Source: Gracilinanus agilis (lineage: Eukaryota). Taken from it: a stretch of 57,901 bases of DNA. A model generated the notes under the pieces. That model saw nothing but the letters and a program-made list of their open reading frames with translations. It made no database searches and was not told where the DNA came from. The stretch is taken from assembly GCF_016433145.1 (NCBI RefSeq), contig NC_058133.1, positions 389,781,483 to 389,839,383 of the forward strand, in the 5' to 3' direction. The position numbers and the translations under genes are program-made. Shown here piece by piece: positions 47,770-57,901 of the stretch (position 1 is the stretch's first letter; every line of letters starts with the position of its first letter).

Positions 47770-49110
47770 TAGATGAGCTGGAAGATATCTCAAAGATCAT
47801 CTAATCCAACCCTCTTCTTTCACAAATAAGGACACTGAGGTTTAATGAGGTAGAGATTTGCCCAATATCATGCAGATAGTAAAAGAGGAAATTCAAACTA
47901 ATATCTTTTTCTTTCTTTTTCCATCTAAATTTTCATCTTTAAAAAAATTAACAATAAACTATTTTCTCTCCCTCCTGCCCCCTCAACCCATTGGGAGGGG
48001 GAAAAGCAAATTATTGCATTGGTCATGACTAAATATATATATATGTTCTCATTCTTCATCATGAATCCATTGCTTTTCCATCAGGAGTCAGTCCTTTGGA
48101 ATTATGGTTGGTCACTGCATTGATCAGAGTTCTTAATGGCTTTCAAAGTTGTTTGTGTTTATGATGTTGTTGTTAGCATATAAATTATTCACTAGGTTCT
48201 GCTCACTTTACTCTCCATCATTTCATAGGGATCCTCCCAAGTTTCTCTGAAACCAGATACTTCATCATTATGTATATCCTAAGAGAATGATATAATATTC
48301 ATTTACTATAATTTGTTCATGATTCAGAATCACTGGATTTGGGTTAAGAATAATAGTTTTAAATAGATGATGACTCAAATGAACCTGGGTGTAACTGAAA
48401 GGTATCACATTGAGGGGCCCTTGTCTAATTAATTCACATTTAATAATAATATAAGTAATAATAATCTCAACAAAAATAGACAAGTAAGACAAAATTTTAA
48501 AAGTGAAACCACAAACTCCAAACAATTTATATTTATTAAGAAGGAAAGAATATAACAATTAACATATAATAAAATATCTTATTTGTTCTTTATTTCCCTT
48601 CAGATTTCTTTTATATCTTTGTAAGGTCTTATATGGATAATCTTTATGTAGTTATTTTATAAATTATGACTTTATTTTCTTTTTTCCATACCACTCAATT
48701 CACATTTCCATATTTCCTCACATTCTTCATACTTATATAACATTTGTGGTATAATAATAATCTATTAAACTAATACAGTACAGTTAAATCAGTTATTCTT
48801 CAATCATGTAATATCTTTTCCAGACTTTTGCTATCACAAAATTGCTATGAATATTTTTGTCCACATACATTTTTCTTCTCGTTTAATAATAACCTTAATG
48901 TTTAGCTTTAATGGGTATATCACTGGGTCAAAGATTATTGTTTTTGTACTTTGTCATGTTGACAAATTGTGCTACAAAAATATCAATAATTCAACCATCA
49001 ATATAGCTTCATGTCTTTTTCCTCATGGCCCTGCCAATAATCATTGTTGTCACTTTGTTATTGTAGCTAATTTAATCTTATACATCGTATTTTATTTCCT
49101 TTCTTAGAGT
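47770..49110 (-). mobile_element. MIR3 fragment followed by old L1 3' fragments
   Basis: GAGCTGGAAGATATCTCAAAGATCATC tail, then antisense L1 motifs (GGTTCTGCTCACTTTACTC, TTGCTATGAATATTTTTGT). Confidence 0.55.
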
Positions 49111-49309
49111 TGAAAAATAAGGAGATTTTTGTTATGAACTTAGTAACCATCAAAAAATAGATAAATGTATAAATGTCATCATATTAAGAAAAGCACCCTC
49201 TACCACTGCACATCTTTAAGTCTTCTATAACTCAGACTTTAGTAGCATCTTATATCACTGAGAGGTTAAAAGATTTTCTCATGGTCACACAACAAGGATA
49301 TATGCTAAC

Positions 49310-49560
49310 AGTAACAATAGCTACCATTTATATAGCACTTTAAGGTTTTCAAAGCACCTTACAAATATTATCACGTCTCACAACAACCTTGGGAGGTAGG
49401 GTGCCATTATCACCCCCATTTTACAGATGAGAAAAACCAAGACAAGTTAAATGACTTATCCAGGGTCATATAGCTAGTATGGATGTGAGACTAAATTTGA
49501 ACATTAGTCTTTCTGAGTCCAGGTCCAACTCTCTACCTACTGCATCTTCTATCTACTCCT
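49310..49560 (-). mobile_element. MIR-type SINE
   Basis: CACAACAACCTTGGGAGGTAGG..TTTTACAGATGAG..GACTTATCCAGGGTCATATAGCTAG. Confidence 0.8.
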
Positions 49561-49699
49561 ATATCGGAAATGGGATTTGATCTCAAGTCTAATTGACCTG
49601 TTTACCATTCATCACAATATACTGATTCATTTTGTAGTGAGCTTTACAACCACTACATGGTTGAAACTAAGATCCAGAACTGAATCATGGAGTTCATAA

Positions 49700-50620
49700 A
49701 AGGAAATAAAATGTAAAAAAAACCAGAAAGTCAGGAAGGAACCAGATTGTGAAGGACTTTAAATGTCATAGAATTTTTTATTTGATACTGAACATAATAG
49801 AGAGCCAGTGAAGTTTATTAAGTAGAGGGAATAGCATAGTCAGATTTGTGCTTTAGGAAAGCCACTTTTACAACTAACTGGAAGAGGGATTGGAGTGGAG
49901 AGAAACCTGAGTCAGGAGGATAAACCAGAAAACTATTGTAATAATCCAAGGAGGAGGTGATAATAGTTTGAACTAGGATTATGACTTTGTGATTAGAGAA
50001 AATAAAATGTGTGTAAGAGATGTTGTGAATGTAGAAGTAGTCTTGGCAAGAAATATTATTTATGGAGTCAGTGTGAGAAGAGTCAAGAATGATAACACAT
50101 TTTGAGCTTTGGTGACTGAGAGGATAGTGATGCCTTTGACAGTAAGAAGGGAAGAGGTTTAAAGGAGTAAATAATGACATTTTGAGTAGGAGATGACTAT
50201 GGAACATACAGTTGGATGTGTCCAAAAGCAGCTGCTGATGCAAGATTGGAGTGAGCTCGAGTAATGTTGAGGCTAGTTATATAGATCAGGGAATTAACTG
50301 CCTAGAAGTGATAAATGAACCCTTGAGAGATGATGAAATCACTTAAGCAAAATAGTATAGAGGGAAAAGACAAACTTCAAGTCAAAATCTTGGGAGCTAT
50401 GTATAGTTAGTAGATATGACCTTGAGAAAGAACCAGTAAAGGAAGCTGAGGAGTGTACAGGTAAGTTGGAGAACTATAAGAAAAAGAAAGTATTGCCACA
50501 AAAACATAGAGAAGAGAAAGTACCCAGAAGAAGAGAATGATCAAAATCAAAGATGGCAGAGAGATCAAGGATGAAGATAGTGAAAAACATATTTTTCAAT
50601 TGGACAAATCCTTGGTGACT
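49700..50620 (-). mobile_element. L2 fragment (about 0.9 kb)
   Basis: Antisense L2 ORF2 pattern (GAGCCAGTGAAGTTTATT, ATTGTAATAATCCAAG, GAGGATAGTGATGCCTTTGACAG). Confidence 0.7.
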
Positions 50621-51334
50621 TTTCAAATCCCATCTAATTACAAATCTGTGATCTAAAATCTACAAAACTTCGTTTGGGGAAAAAATGATGAAATAAGAAA
50701 TTGTAGTGGAGAGAATAGAATCTCTCAGACCTGAAACAGGGTAAAAAAGTTAGGGGGCAGAGAATAAACATCATCTTTACTTACCTGATAAGTCACCTGG
50801 AACACAAACTATTTTTACATCACTGCTACTAGTTTTGAAATTCCTTATGAAACTAGAGGTTTTTTAATTTCAAACAGATATGTGATTTTAGTACTTGTGT
50901 TTCCAAGGGAAATTGTCAAACTATATAGTGGAGTTTTTGTTTTTTACTTCATAACAAATTATAAAATGCGAATGTAAAGGGAAAAAAAAGTTGAACTAAT
51001 AATATGACTAAAGATATCAATTACAGAAAAACGTCCTAACTTTTTTCCAGATTAACCAATGAAGGGATGAAATGTCTTTCTAAACTGTGAAGACTCTACT
51101 TACTGAGAGAAATTATTTGCCTGATGATGGGGAAAATAATCGGTGAGAGGGAGTTGACTCCCACTCCAAAGTCACTAGTTTTAAAGACCAAACTGGTTCA
51201 GAGTAAATAATGGAGATGAATCAATATTCCAGAATGTTTCAGAAAATAGGTATCCCAAGATTCAAGTAAAGAAACAGGGCTATAAAGTGAAATAGTGACT
51301 TTAGAAAATTTCATCAACTAAGAATCATAAATGT

Positions 51335-51590
51335 CTAGAGTTGTCACCTTCTCTATAATGCCTTCCAAACCTTCTCTTCTCTCCCCCACTACAAGTGAAA
51401 GTGACCCTCTTTCTCTTTTCTCAAATTACTCAAAGAATTTTGGTTTATACCTCTCCTTTTCACTGATTTTCACATGTCTTACGTCCATATTATACTGGAA
51501 GTTCTTTGAAAATAAAGTCCATGTCTTATTTATCTTTGTTGCACAGGGATCTTCCATGTATTAGAAACTTAATAAATGTTTCTTTTAAAA
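51335..51590 (+). mobile_element. L2 3' end
   Basis: GGAAGTTCTTTGAAAATAAAGTCCATGTC..CTTAATAAATGTTT. Confidence 0.55.
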
Positions 51591-51846
51591 TTATTAAATT
51601 GTAAGGTTTTTTTTTTTTTCATTAGCTAGTAAGGATATTAGGAGCAGAGAGTTTAATTAGCTTGTCCAAAGGCACACAGACCTTGTCAGTGCCAGCACTA
51701 GACTCTGACTACCAGTCAATGAATGATTTTTTAATTGTACTTTCATCCACCACTCTATTTTAGATCTTTGAAAGGGAGAGAAATAAGAGAAGCTAGATAA
51801 CCAAAACTCCAGTAATTTTGTCTGGCTGACATTGTAATGGTATTAC

Positions 51847-51876
51847 TCTTCTCCTCTTCTTCCTCCTTCTCCTTCT

Positions 51877-51908
<32 letters not shown>
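51847..51908. repeat. (CTT/CTC)n plus poly-T tract
   Basis: Read directly. Confidence 0.9.
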
Positions 51909-51912
<4 letters not shown>

Positions 51913-52077
51913 CATGCAGAAGCTCCACACTAGGAAAGTTTACGTTATTTCTAATTTCAGAATCTTTCTTTCACCATTCCCAGTTCCAAAAACTCTCTCT
52001 TGACTCTGCCAAGTTTCCTGGTCAGAGACATTCTGTGGCTCTCCTTTACCTGGCCCCTCCCTTGTAAAAATAATGGG

Positions 52078-53109
52078 TTAGTCTTGGTACAAGTCAATGG
52101 TAGGTGTCCTGGGGGAAAAGACCTCCCGGCTCAGAACAAGTTTCAAAGCTTTTCTGAACCATTTATAGGAAAAGACATAGATCAGAGGATTGCATGCTGA
52201 GTTGAAGTAAGCAAACCAGATGAAGATGTCAAAGACTAGAGGTGGGGTGATGAAATTAAGGAGGCTGTCCACCAAGGTATCAACGGTGAATGGCAGCCAA
52301 CACAGGAGGTAAATACTGACTGCTATCCCCAGGGTCTTTGCAGCTTTCCTCTCTCGCTTAGAAGCCCCTATCTGACCGGAAGAGGTGCCCGTGCCCTTGC
52401 TCATGGTGCTGATCTGCTGGGCCTGCCTGTTGGCCACAATGAAGATCTTCACATACAGACTAATCATAATGACACAGGGAAAGAAGAACACGGGGAAGTT
52501 CAGCCAGCCCCAGAATTTATTGAACAGCAGCTGACAGCTGCCCACACAAGGCATCTCATCCAACAACATGCCCAGTCCTTCTTCCACCACATCAGTGTAG
52601 AGAAAGAAGGCAGTGTATGCTGCCGGGAGCCCCCAGCCCACCATTATGTACCTGAATGCCACCTTGACAGTGAACTTGGTAGGATAAAGCAGGGGATCGC
52701 AGATGGCACAATGGCGATCGATGGAAATGAAACACAAATGGAAGATGGAGGTAAGGCAGAAGAGTGTGTCTAGGTAGGTATGCAACCTGCAGAGGAAGTC
52801 CCCAAAGAACCAGCAGCTCTCTACTGATCGAACTGTGCTGAAAGGTAACACGAGGAGCCCCAGGAACATGTCAGCCAGTGCCAGGGAGAGCAGCAAAAAA
52901 TTAGTAGGAGTGTGGAGAGCTTTAAAATAGGACACAGCAAACACCACAAGCAAGTTTCCCAGGACGGTAATCAACATACCTATGGCACATGCCAGGTATA
53001 TGATCAACTGGACGCCCAGAGGGTGCAGCGTTCGAGGGCAAGACCCATTCACCTGATAGCATAAAGTTAAAGGCTGATCTTCAGACACAAATTCCTGGAG
53101 AGCTCCCAT
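52078..53109 (-). CDS. TAAR5: Trace amine-associated receptor 5 (343 aa)
   Basis: CYQVNGSCPRT, SYFKALHTPTNF, LHTYLDTLFC, DRHCAICDP, NKFWGWLNFP and TPPLVFDIFIWFAYFNSACNP are near-identical to human TAAR5 as recalled. Syntenic position and strand fit. Confidence 0.96.
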   Translation of the reverse strand: MGALQEFVSEDQPLTLCYQVNGSCPRTLHPLGVQLIIYLACAIGMLITVLGNLLVVFAVSYFKALHTPTNFLLLSLALADMFLGLLVLPFSTVRSVESCWFFGDFLCRLHTYLDTLFCLTSIFHLCFISIDRHCAICDPLLYPTKFTVKVAFRYIMVGWGLPAAYTAFFLYTDVVEEGLGMLLDEMPCVGSCQLLFNKFWGWLNFPVFFFPCVIMISLYVKIFIVANRQAQQISTMSKGTGTSSGQIGASKRERKAAKTLGIAVSIYLLCWLPFTVDTLVDSLLNFITPPLVFDIFIWFAYFNSACNPLIYVFSYKWFRKALKLVLSREVFSPRTPTIDLYQD

Positions 53110-53180
53110 TTTTGACTTCTCGAAAGAATCCCGGAACCTGAAAAACTAGTCCTTCCCTTAAACCCGGAGCTCAGCTTCGT

Positions 53181-53330
53181 CTGCAAAATAAGCAAGAGAA
53201 AGAGAATAGCCACTCCCACGCCCCCAAAGTGGCTACCTCCAAACCCAGGGACCCTATTTGAATAACAAAGGTTTCTCACAGTTGGCGGGGCGGGAGTTAC
53301 TCAGTTTAAGAATTTTGCCCAAGGGCAGGA
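53181..53330 (-). promoter_or_regulatory. TAAR5 proximal region: splice acceptor, O/E-like sites, GC box
   Basis: Minus-strand acceptor TTCTCTTGCTTATTTTGCAG ending at 53181; CCCAGGGA (53244-53251); GGCGGGGCGGG (53284-53294); TGCCCAAGGGCA (53316-53327). Confidence 0.4.
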
Positions 53331-54827
53331 AAAGAGACCTGCAAAATATATTCTCCCAGAAAAAGTCTAGATCTTCCTCTGGGGTTAGTCAAGTAGAAGA
53401 ATATTACTCAATTGTGAAAAAAAAAAAGAGTCGGGTGAAAATGACACTGAAGTAGAATTTTTAGACTGCATTTGACTTCATGTTCCAAATTCAAAAAAAG
53501 AGGCATAACTTTTTTGTTTTGTTTAACTAAATCATCACATGGTCCTCAATTTCCAGGTTCACAGTTTGAAAAATTAGTGAATGTGAAAAATTGATTCTTA
53601 AAGAATCATGTTCAGAGATTCCAATTGAATGATTTATGTCAATGGCTACCAACCCCACTTACAATACCTTTGCAATTAAAGGATTAGAGAATAGGCCAGT
53701 AGGATTTCTATTCACAGTGCATGATTTCCAAATCCTGCACTTTACTAGGATTTTCAGACTTTGAAGCATTGATAAGATTAAGGCAGGAAATCCTGATTAA
53801 TATATTCTGGAGCAGGGTAATAGAATCTTAAATAAATGAAACTGACAGTTTAATATTCCTCTGTTGTTCTAATACTTACTGAGGTGAAAATGGCAAGCAA
53901 TGCTTTGGAATAGTGTCTCCTGCATCCAGTAGGTTTTGTCACATTGTGAATTTCTTCTTAGGGCTCTGTTTAGATCAAGGGATGGGTGAAATCCATTCAG
54001 GTATTTATACTTCAATAGAAAGTCATTTTCACTCAATGGAATGTGGTATCCAATCAGCACTAAAGTTAGTCTCAAAGGAATTCCTTTACTGGATACACAG
54101 CATACCAGGCTCAGGTGTTTAAGAATCAAACAAATCCCAGTTCAACATAAATAAACATCAAGTGCCCTAACATTTCAAGTTGGAATTCATCCTTGCCAAA
54201 TTTATTTTCTGGGCAATCCCCTGGCTTTTTTCTTTTTTTGCTTTTGTAGTCTGTCATATGTAAATTTCTTTTCAAATGGAAGATTTCTGGAAGAATTCAA
54301 GGTATAAAGTCCAGAAGCCTTTGCCATTCCCTAATTAACATATTTCTGAAAAATTACTAATTCAAGAGAAACCAGGCTTTCAGTGGATGCATAACTATGG
54401 ATAAATAATATAAAAGAAAAATGAATATTGCAAGGCTAATGAATAATACTAATGAATTTCTAAAACTGCATAAATTTCTCAAGCAGAAAAATTAACTCTG
54501 TTCAATACAGAGAGGGGATCAGCAAATTTTAACTAAGGAGAATACAGGAAAGGTGATTATCAAAATTTCACCAAGAACAAAGTCTAATAAAAAATAACAA
54601 TTAAAAAGTCAGAAATATTTAAGCCTCCTTAATAATTAAGCTTGTCATTGCTTTTCATAACTTTTGACTCTAATAAGAATCTTTATGATCCTCAGAATTA
54701 ACAATTATTTCAATTTACAATCCTCATTTGGCATAAAAGAAGGAAATAATTTTGAAAGATGGAATTCATAAATAAAGATAGCTCTCATTTAAGGTTCATT
54801 AGATATAGATATAGATATAGATATAAA

Positions 54828-55037
54828 TTTTAAACCCTTTCCTTCTGTCTTAGAATCAATACTGTGTATTGGTTCCAAGGCAGAAGAGTAGTAATGGCTA
54901 GACAATGGGCATTAAGTGACTTGCCCAGGGTCACACACTTAGGAAGTGTCTGAGGCCAGATTTAAACCTAGGACCTCCCATCTCTAGGTCTCTAGGCCTG
55001 GCTCATAATCCCACCCAATGGGCCACCCAGCTGCCAC
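54828..55037 (-). mobile_element. SINE1 preceded by (GATATA)n
   Basis: CCTTCTGTCTTAGAATCAATACTGTGTATTGGTTCCAAGGCAGAAGAG tail; CORE GTGACTTGCCCAGGGTCACAC. Confidence 0.85.
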
Positions 55038-55104
55038 CCACCCCCAATTTTCTAAATATTAAAGGAGTTGTGAAGTATCACAATATGGAAGATCACCCAA
55101 TTCA

Positions 55105-55529
55105 ACCCTCTCATTTTCATTTTTTTAAGTTTTATTGATGGGTTTTATTTTTCATATCAATCTTTCCTCAGTATAAGATATTTCAAAAGTCTACTGTCCC
55201 ACCCCTTTCCATTGAATTGAATCTTAGTTGTAATGAGGGAAAAAAAAGTTAAGTAAAACTACAGAACAAAATTGCTTTAATAATCAATCTGCTTATGTCT
55301 CTATCAAGTGAATGAAAGTGTTTCATCATCTGTTCCCCAATCCAAAAATCAGTCACTAATTGATCAGAATTTAGTTGCCTTTTATAGGTTTTCATTTACA
55401 TTATTATAGTACTTTGTATTCTGTACTCTGTTTTATTCACTTTTCTATGCCTCATAGAAGTCCTTTCTAAGAGAGATTTCCTAACAAAGCCATTGTATTC
55501 ACAAGAATAGCTGCCAAATCTTATGTTCA
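55105..55529 (-). mobile_element. Old L1 3' fragment, apparent insertion target of the CCNE2 retrocopy
   Basis: T-rich antisense L1 3' pattern ending ACAAGAATAGCTGCCAAATC, immediately before the retrocopy T-run. Confidence 0.45.
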
Positions 55530-56815
55530 TTTTTTTTTCAAAAAGTATGATTAACTTTATTTTTTTAAACAAAGTTTAAAATAAAACAGTATTAAAATAT
55601 TACATTTATACAATATATGTACAAATAAGTTGTGGTGTTTTCCACAAGCAATGCACTGAAACATTTTAGGGAAAATAAACTAACTTAGTGCAGTTTCTTC
55701 AAAAGAAGAAAAGGTTTCACAGGTCAAGTAGCAGAAATAATATAGTGTAATTTTTTTCTGATGAAGTCCAGTTGCTTAGCTACTGAGCTAAAAATATTTA
55801 TTTACATAGAAGCTTTTTTTACACCAAGTTCTGGAGTGCTCCCGCTTTGAGTTCTTACATTATTTTTCCAGTAAGTTTTCTAGAAACCACTGTATATACA
55901 TCTTTATTCTGCTTTAGTCTTTTCAACTTTAAATCATCTCATATTGTCCTTTTTTCATAATGTACTTTTTGAGGGGAACCCTAAATTTTATGAACATAAA
56001 TGACTTTAGTCTACAGTTTTTAAAAAGTACCTTAAAGGGGATATTTTCTTTGATATTTTCATAAAGCTATTCTTCATATAAAAATTTTCCCTACTAAAAT
56101 CATTGTGATAATATACAAAGGTTTTATATTAAAACAACCCGTATATTAAACAAAGCTCTGATTAAGATGTGCACAGCTATTTTGCTGAATCTGGAGTTTA
56201 GAAAAGCCAACCTTTTCCTTGTTTTATCTTTTTTGTTCTTACCCAAAGATTATACTGAAATTCACAAAAGTTCATGTATTTTGGAGGAGAATGCTATGGC
56301 AGCTGTAATGAAAATGTCATCATCTTATTCTATAACTTAAACCTCTGTAAACAGTCAAGAATTTTTTCAAGAATTAACTGAATAGCACCAATCAAATGAG
56401 TTCTTGAACTTCCAGAGTACAATTTAAAGTGGCACTCATCTAGTCCAAAACATCTCAAACAGTAACATTCCTAATTGATCAGAATGAACTTTGTTGCACG
56501 AGTCCCAAAAATGTAGCTAAGGTAAAAATTAGACTGACTACATAGTTCTTGGATCTGTATTCACCCTGGGAATGAAATACTAATATTTGTAAACTAGTTC
56601 GGCTGTTGTTTTTTTTGACAGCTAAGATTTGAACTATGGTTATCCCATTCTGAATGGGTAGAGGCTTTTAACTCGTTCATGGCAGTGTAATTTCTGAATT
56701 GGTTAGGACTATTACTAAAGTTGTTTTAGCTTTTTTAGTACTCCAAAAGGAATATAATATTCTACTGCCAAGTCAGAACAAATCCACTCGGCAAGCTCTC
56801 AGTTCAACTTTGCCT
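55530..56815 (-). other. CCNE2: 3'UTR, poly(A) signal and poly(A) remnant of the CCNE2 retrocopy
   Basis: AATAAA at 55561-55556 (minus), then 17 nt, then A9 (55538-55530). The terminal 120 nt resemble the recalled human CCNE2 mRNA end (GAAAACACCAC..TGTACATAT..TTTTAATACTGTTT..AAAAAATAAA). Confidence 0.8.
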
Positions 56816-57901
56816 TTAGTGTTTTCTGGGGGATTTTTCTGTGCTCTTCGGTGGTGTCATGATGCCTCCGTTGCACACTGGTGACAACTGTCCCACCTTT
56901 GTGAAAGCAGACACATAATTGACTTCCTCCAGCATAGCCAAATAATTTGTGTGTGTCTGGATATTATGTCTGTCTTCTACAGAAATCTTCTTAAAAATCT
57001 TCAGTTTCACCGGAGGTCCACCCTTCACTACTCTGGCAAAAGGTACCATCCATTCTATACATTCTGAAATATTGTCCCAGTCTAAACCTGACGCTTTCTT
57101 AACAACTTCAATGGAGGTAAAATGGCATAAAGCAGCTGCTGCCAATATTCTATACTGGAATTCTAATGAGTCAATAGAGAGAATACACAGATCCAGGAGC
57201 TGGGCTATCTGAACAAACTTTTCCTGGGAATACTGAGGTAGGAGTACTTTAGGAACATCTTTTAGAGCATCGACTTGGAGAAAGACATTCAACCAGGCAA
57301 TAACTGTTACTGGACAGAGCTCCCACTTTAAAGCCTTTAATATAATGAGTTCCATCCCTATGATATCATCTTCACTGCAAGCACCATCAGTAACATAAGC
57401 AAATTCTTGTAATTTAGGAGCATAGATTTCCTCAAGTTTTGCAGCAATGAATAATGAGGTAATACCAATAAGCTGAAGCATATTTTTGTTTATATCCTTT
57501 TGTGTCAACATAAATCTATCAAAAAAATCTTGAGCAAGATAAAACGTTTCCCTGTGAAGTGTATATACTTCACATACCTCTAAAAGCCAGTCTAGAAGTA
57601 TTGATCTCATCTGTGGTTCTAAGTCAGAATGTAGCATTTCAAAATGTTTATCATGAACATATTTGGTCTCCTTTTTTAACATATTAAACCAGACATCCTT
57701 AGAACATCCCCAACTTAGGTCAGGCAGAGGTGAAGGATTTATAAAAAGGTTTTTAAACCTGTAGTTAGTAAACCTGGAGAAGTCACTGGTGACAGTTTCT
57801 TTGTGTGGGGTTTCAATAATAATGCAAGGAGTGATACCCCCAGATAACACAGGTGGCCAACAATTCCTAATTTCATATTGCTGTCTCTTGGCTCCAGTCT
57901 C
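56816..57901 (-). CDS. CCNE2: Intronless cyclin E2 retrocopy (retrogene candidate), 5' end outside the window; 361 open codons visible
   Basis: Reading from the edge gives [35 protein letters not shown]..., with cyclin box [33 protein letters not shown] and C-terminus [15 protein letters not shown], closely matching human CCNE2 as recalled. No introns although the parental gene is multi-exon. Whether it is functional cannot be decided from sequence. Confidence 0.92.
   Translation of the reverse strand, partial: ETGAKRQQYEIRNCWPPVLSGGITPCIIIETPHKETVTSDFSRFTNYRFKNLFINPSPLPDLSWGCSKDVWFNMLKKETKYVHDKHFEMLHSDLEPQMRSILLDWLLEVCEVYTLHRETFYLAQDFFDRFMLTQKDINKNMLQLIGITSLFIAAKLEEIYAPKLQEFAYVTDGACSEDDIIGMELIILKALKWELCPVTVIAWLNVFLQVDALKDVPKVLLPQYSQEKFVQIAQLLDLCILSIDSLEFQYRILAAAALCHFTSIEVVKKASGLDWDNISECIEWMVPFARVVKGGPPVKLKIFKKISVEDRHNIQTHTNYLAMLEEVNYVSAFTKVGQLSPVCNGGIMTPPKSTEKSPRKH

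Noticed and set aside
51880-51908. Poly-T run downstream of TAAR5 as a retroposition tail
   Set aside because: No adjacent poly(A) signal or TSD; it is part of a CTT/T microsatellite; TAAR5 is syntenic and TAAR coding regions are natively single-exon.
56949-57212. Antisense or alternate-frame ORFs overlapping CCNE2 and TAAR CDSs (also 2918-3160, 33099-33293, 52000-52200)
   Set aside because: Short shadow ORFs with no independent motifs; expected by chance opposite coding sequence.
57848-57850. GTG 57850 as the start of a 344-aa N-truncated cyclin E2
   Set aside because: The frame stays open and CCNE2-like ([10 protein letters not shown]) to the window edge, so the truncation is an artefact of the window.

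Overview
AT-rich, repeat-dense eukaryotic DNA from a marsupial. CORE-SINEs with RTE-type tails (MAR1) and opossum-type SINE1 copies suggest a didelphid such as Monodelphis; this comes from recalled repeat consensus sequences, not a search. The window covers the middle of the trace amine-associated receptor (TAAR) cluster: two TAAR7-like genes (+), TAAR6 (+) and TAAR5 (-), in the same order and polarity as in human. At the right edge is an intronless cyclin E2 (CCNE2) retrocopy (-). Its ORF is uninterrupted up to the window edge, and it keeps a ~1.28 kb 3'UTR, an AATAAA signal and a poly(A) remnant. The rest is mostly LINE (L1, L2, CR1/L3), SINE, hAT MITE, LTR-like and microsatellite sequence, with three assembly gaps. 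There are no CRISPR arrays or true tRNA/rRNA genes. Main findings: (1) the intact CCNE2 retrocopy inside an olfactory receptor cluster; (2) a ~140 bp promoter module with near-invariant spacing shared by the three + strand TAARs, followed by a predicted non-coding exon and intron; (3) frame-conserved uORFs whose stops overlap in-frame ATGs; (4) a gene-conversion signature in ICL3; (5) different acidic ligand-pocket residues at 3.32/5.43 across paralogs; (6) a hAT1-type MITE with its target-site duplication. Repeat boundaries are read by eye and approximate unless a TSD is given.
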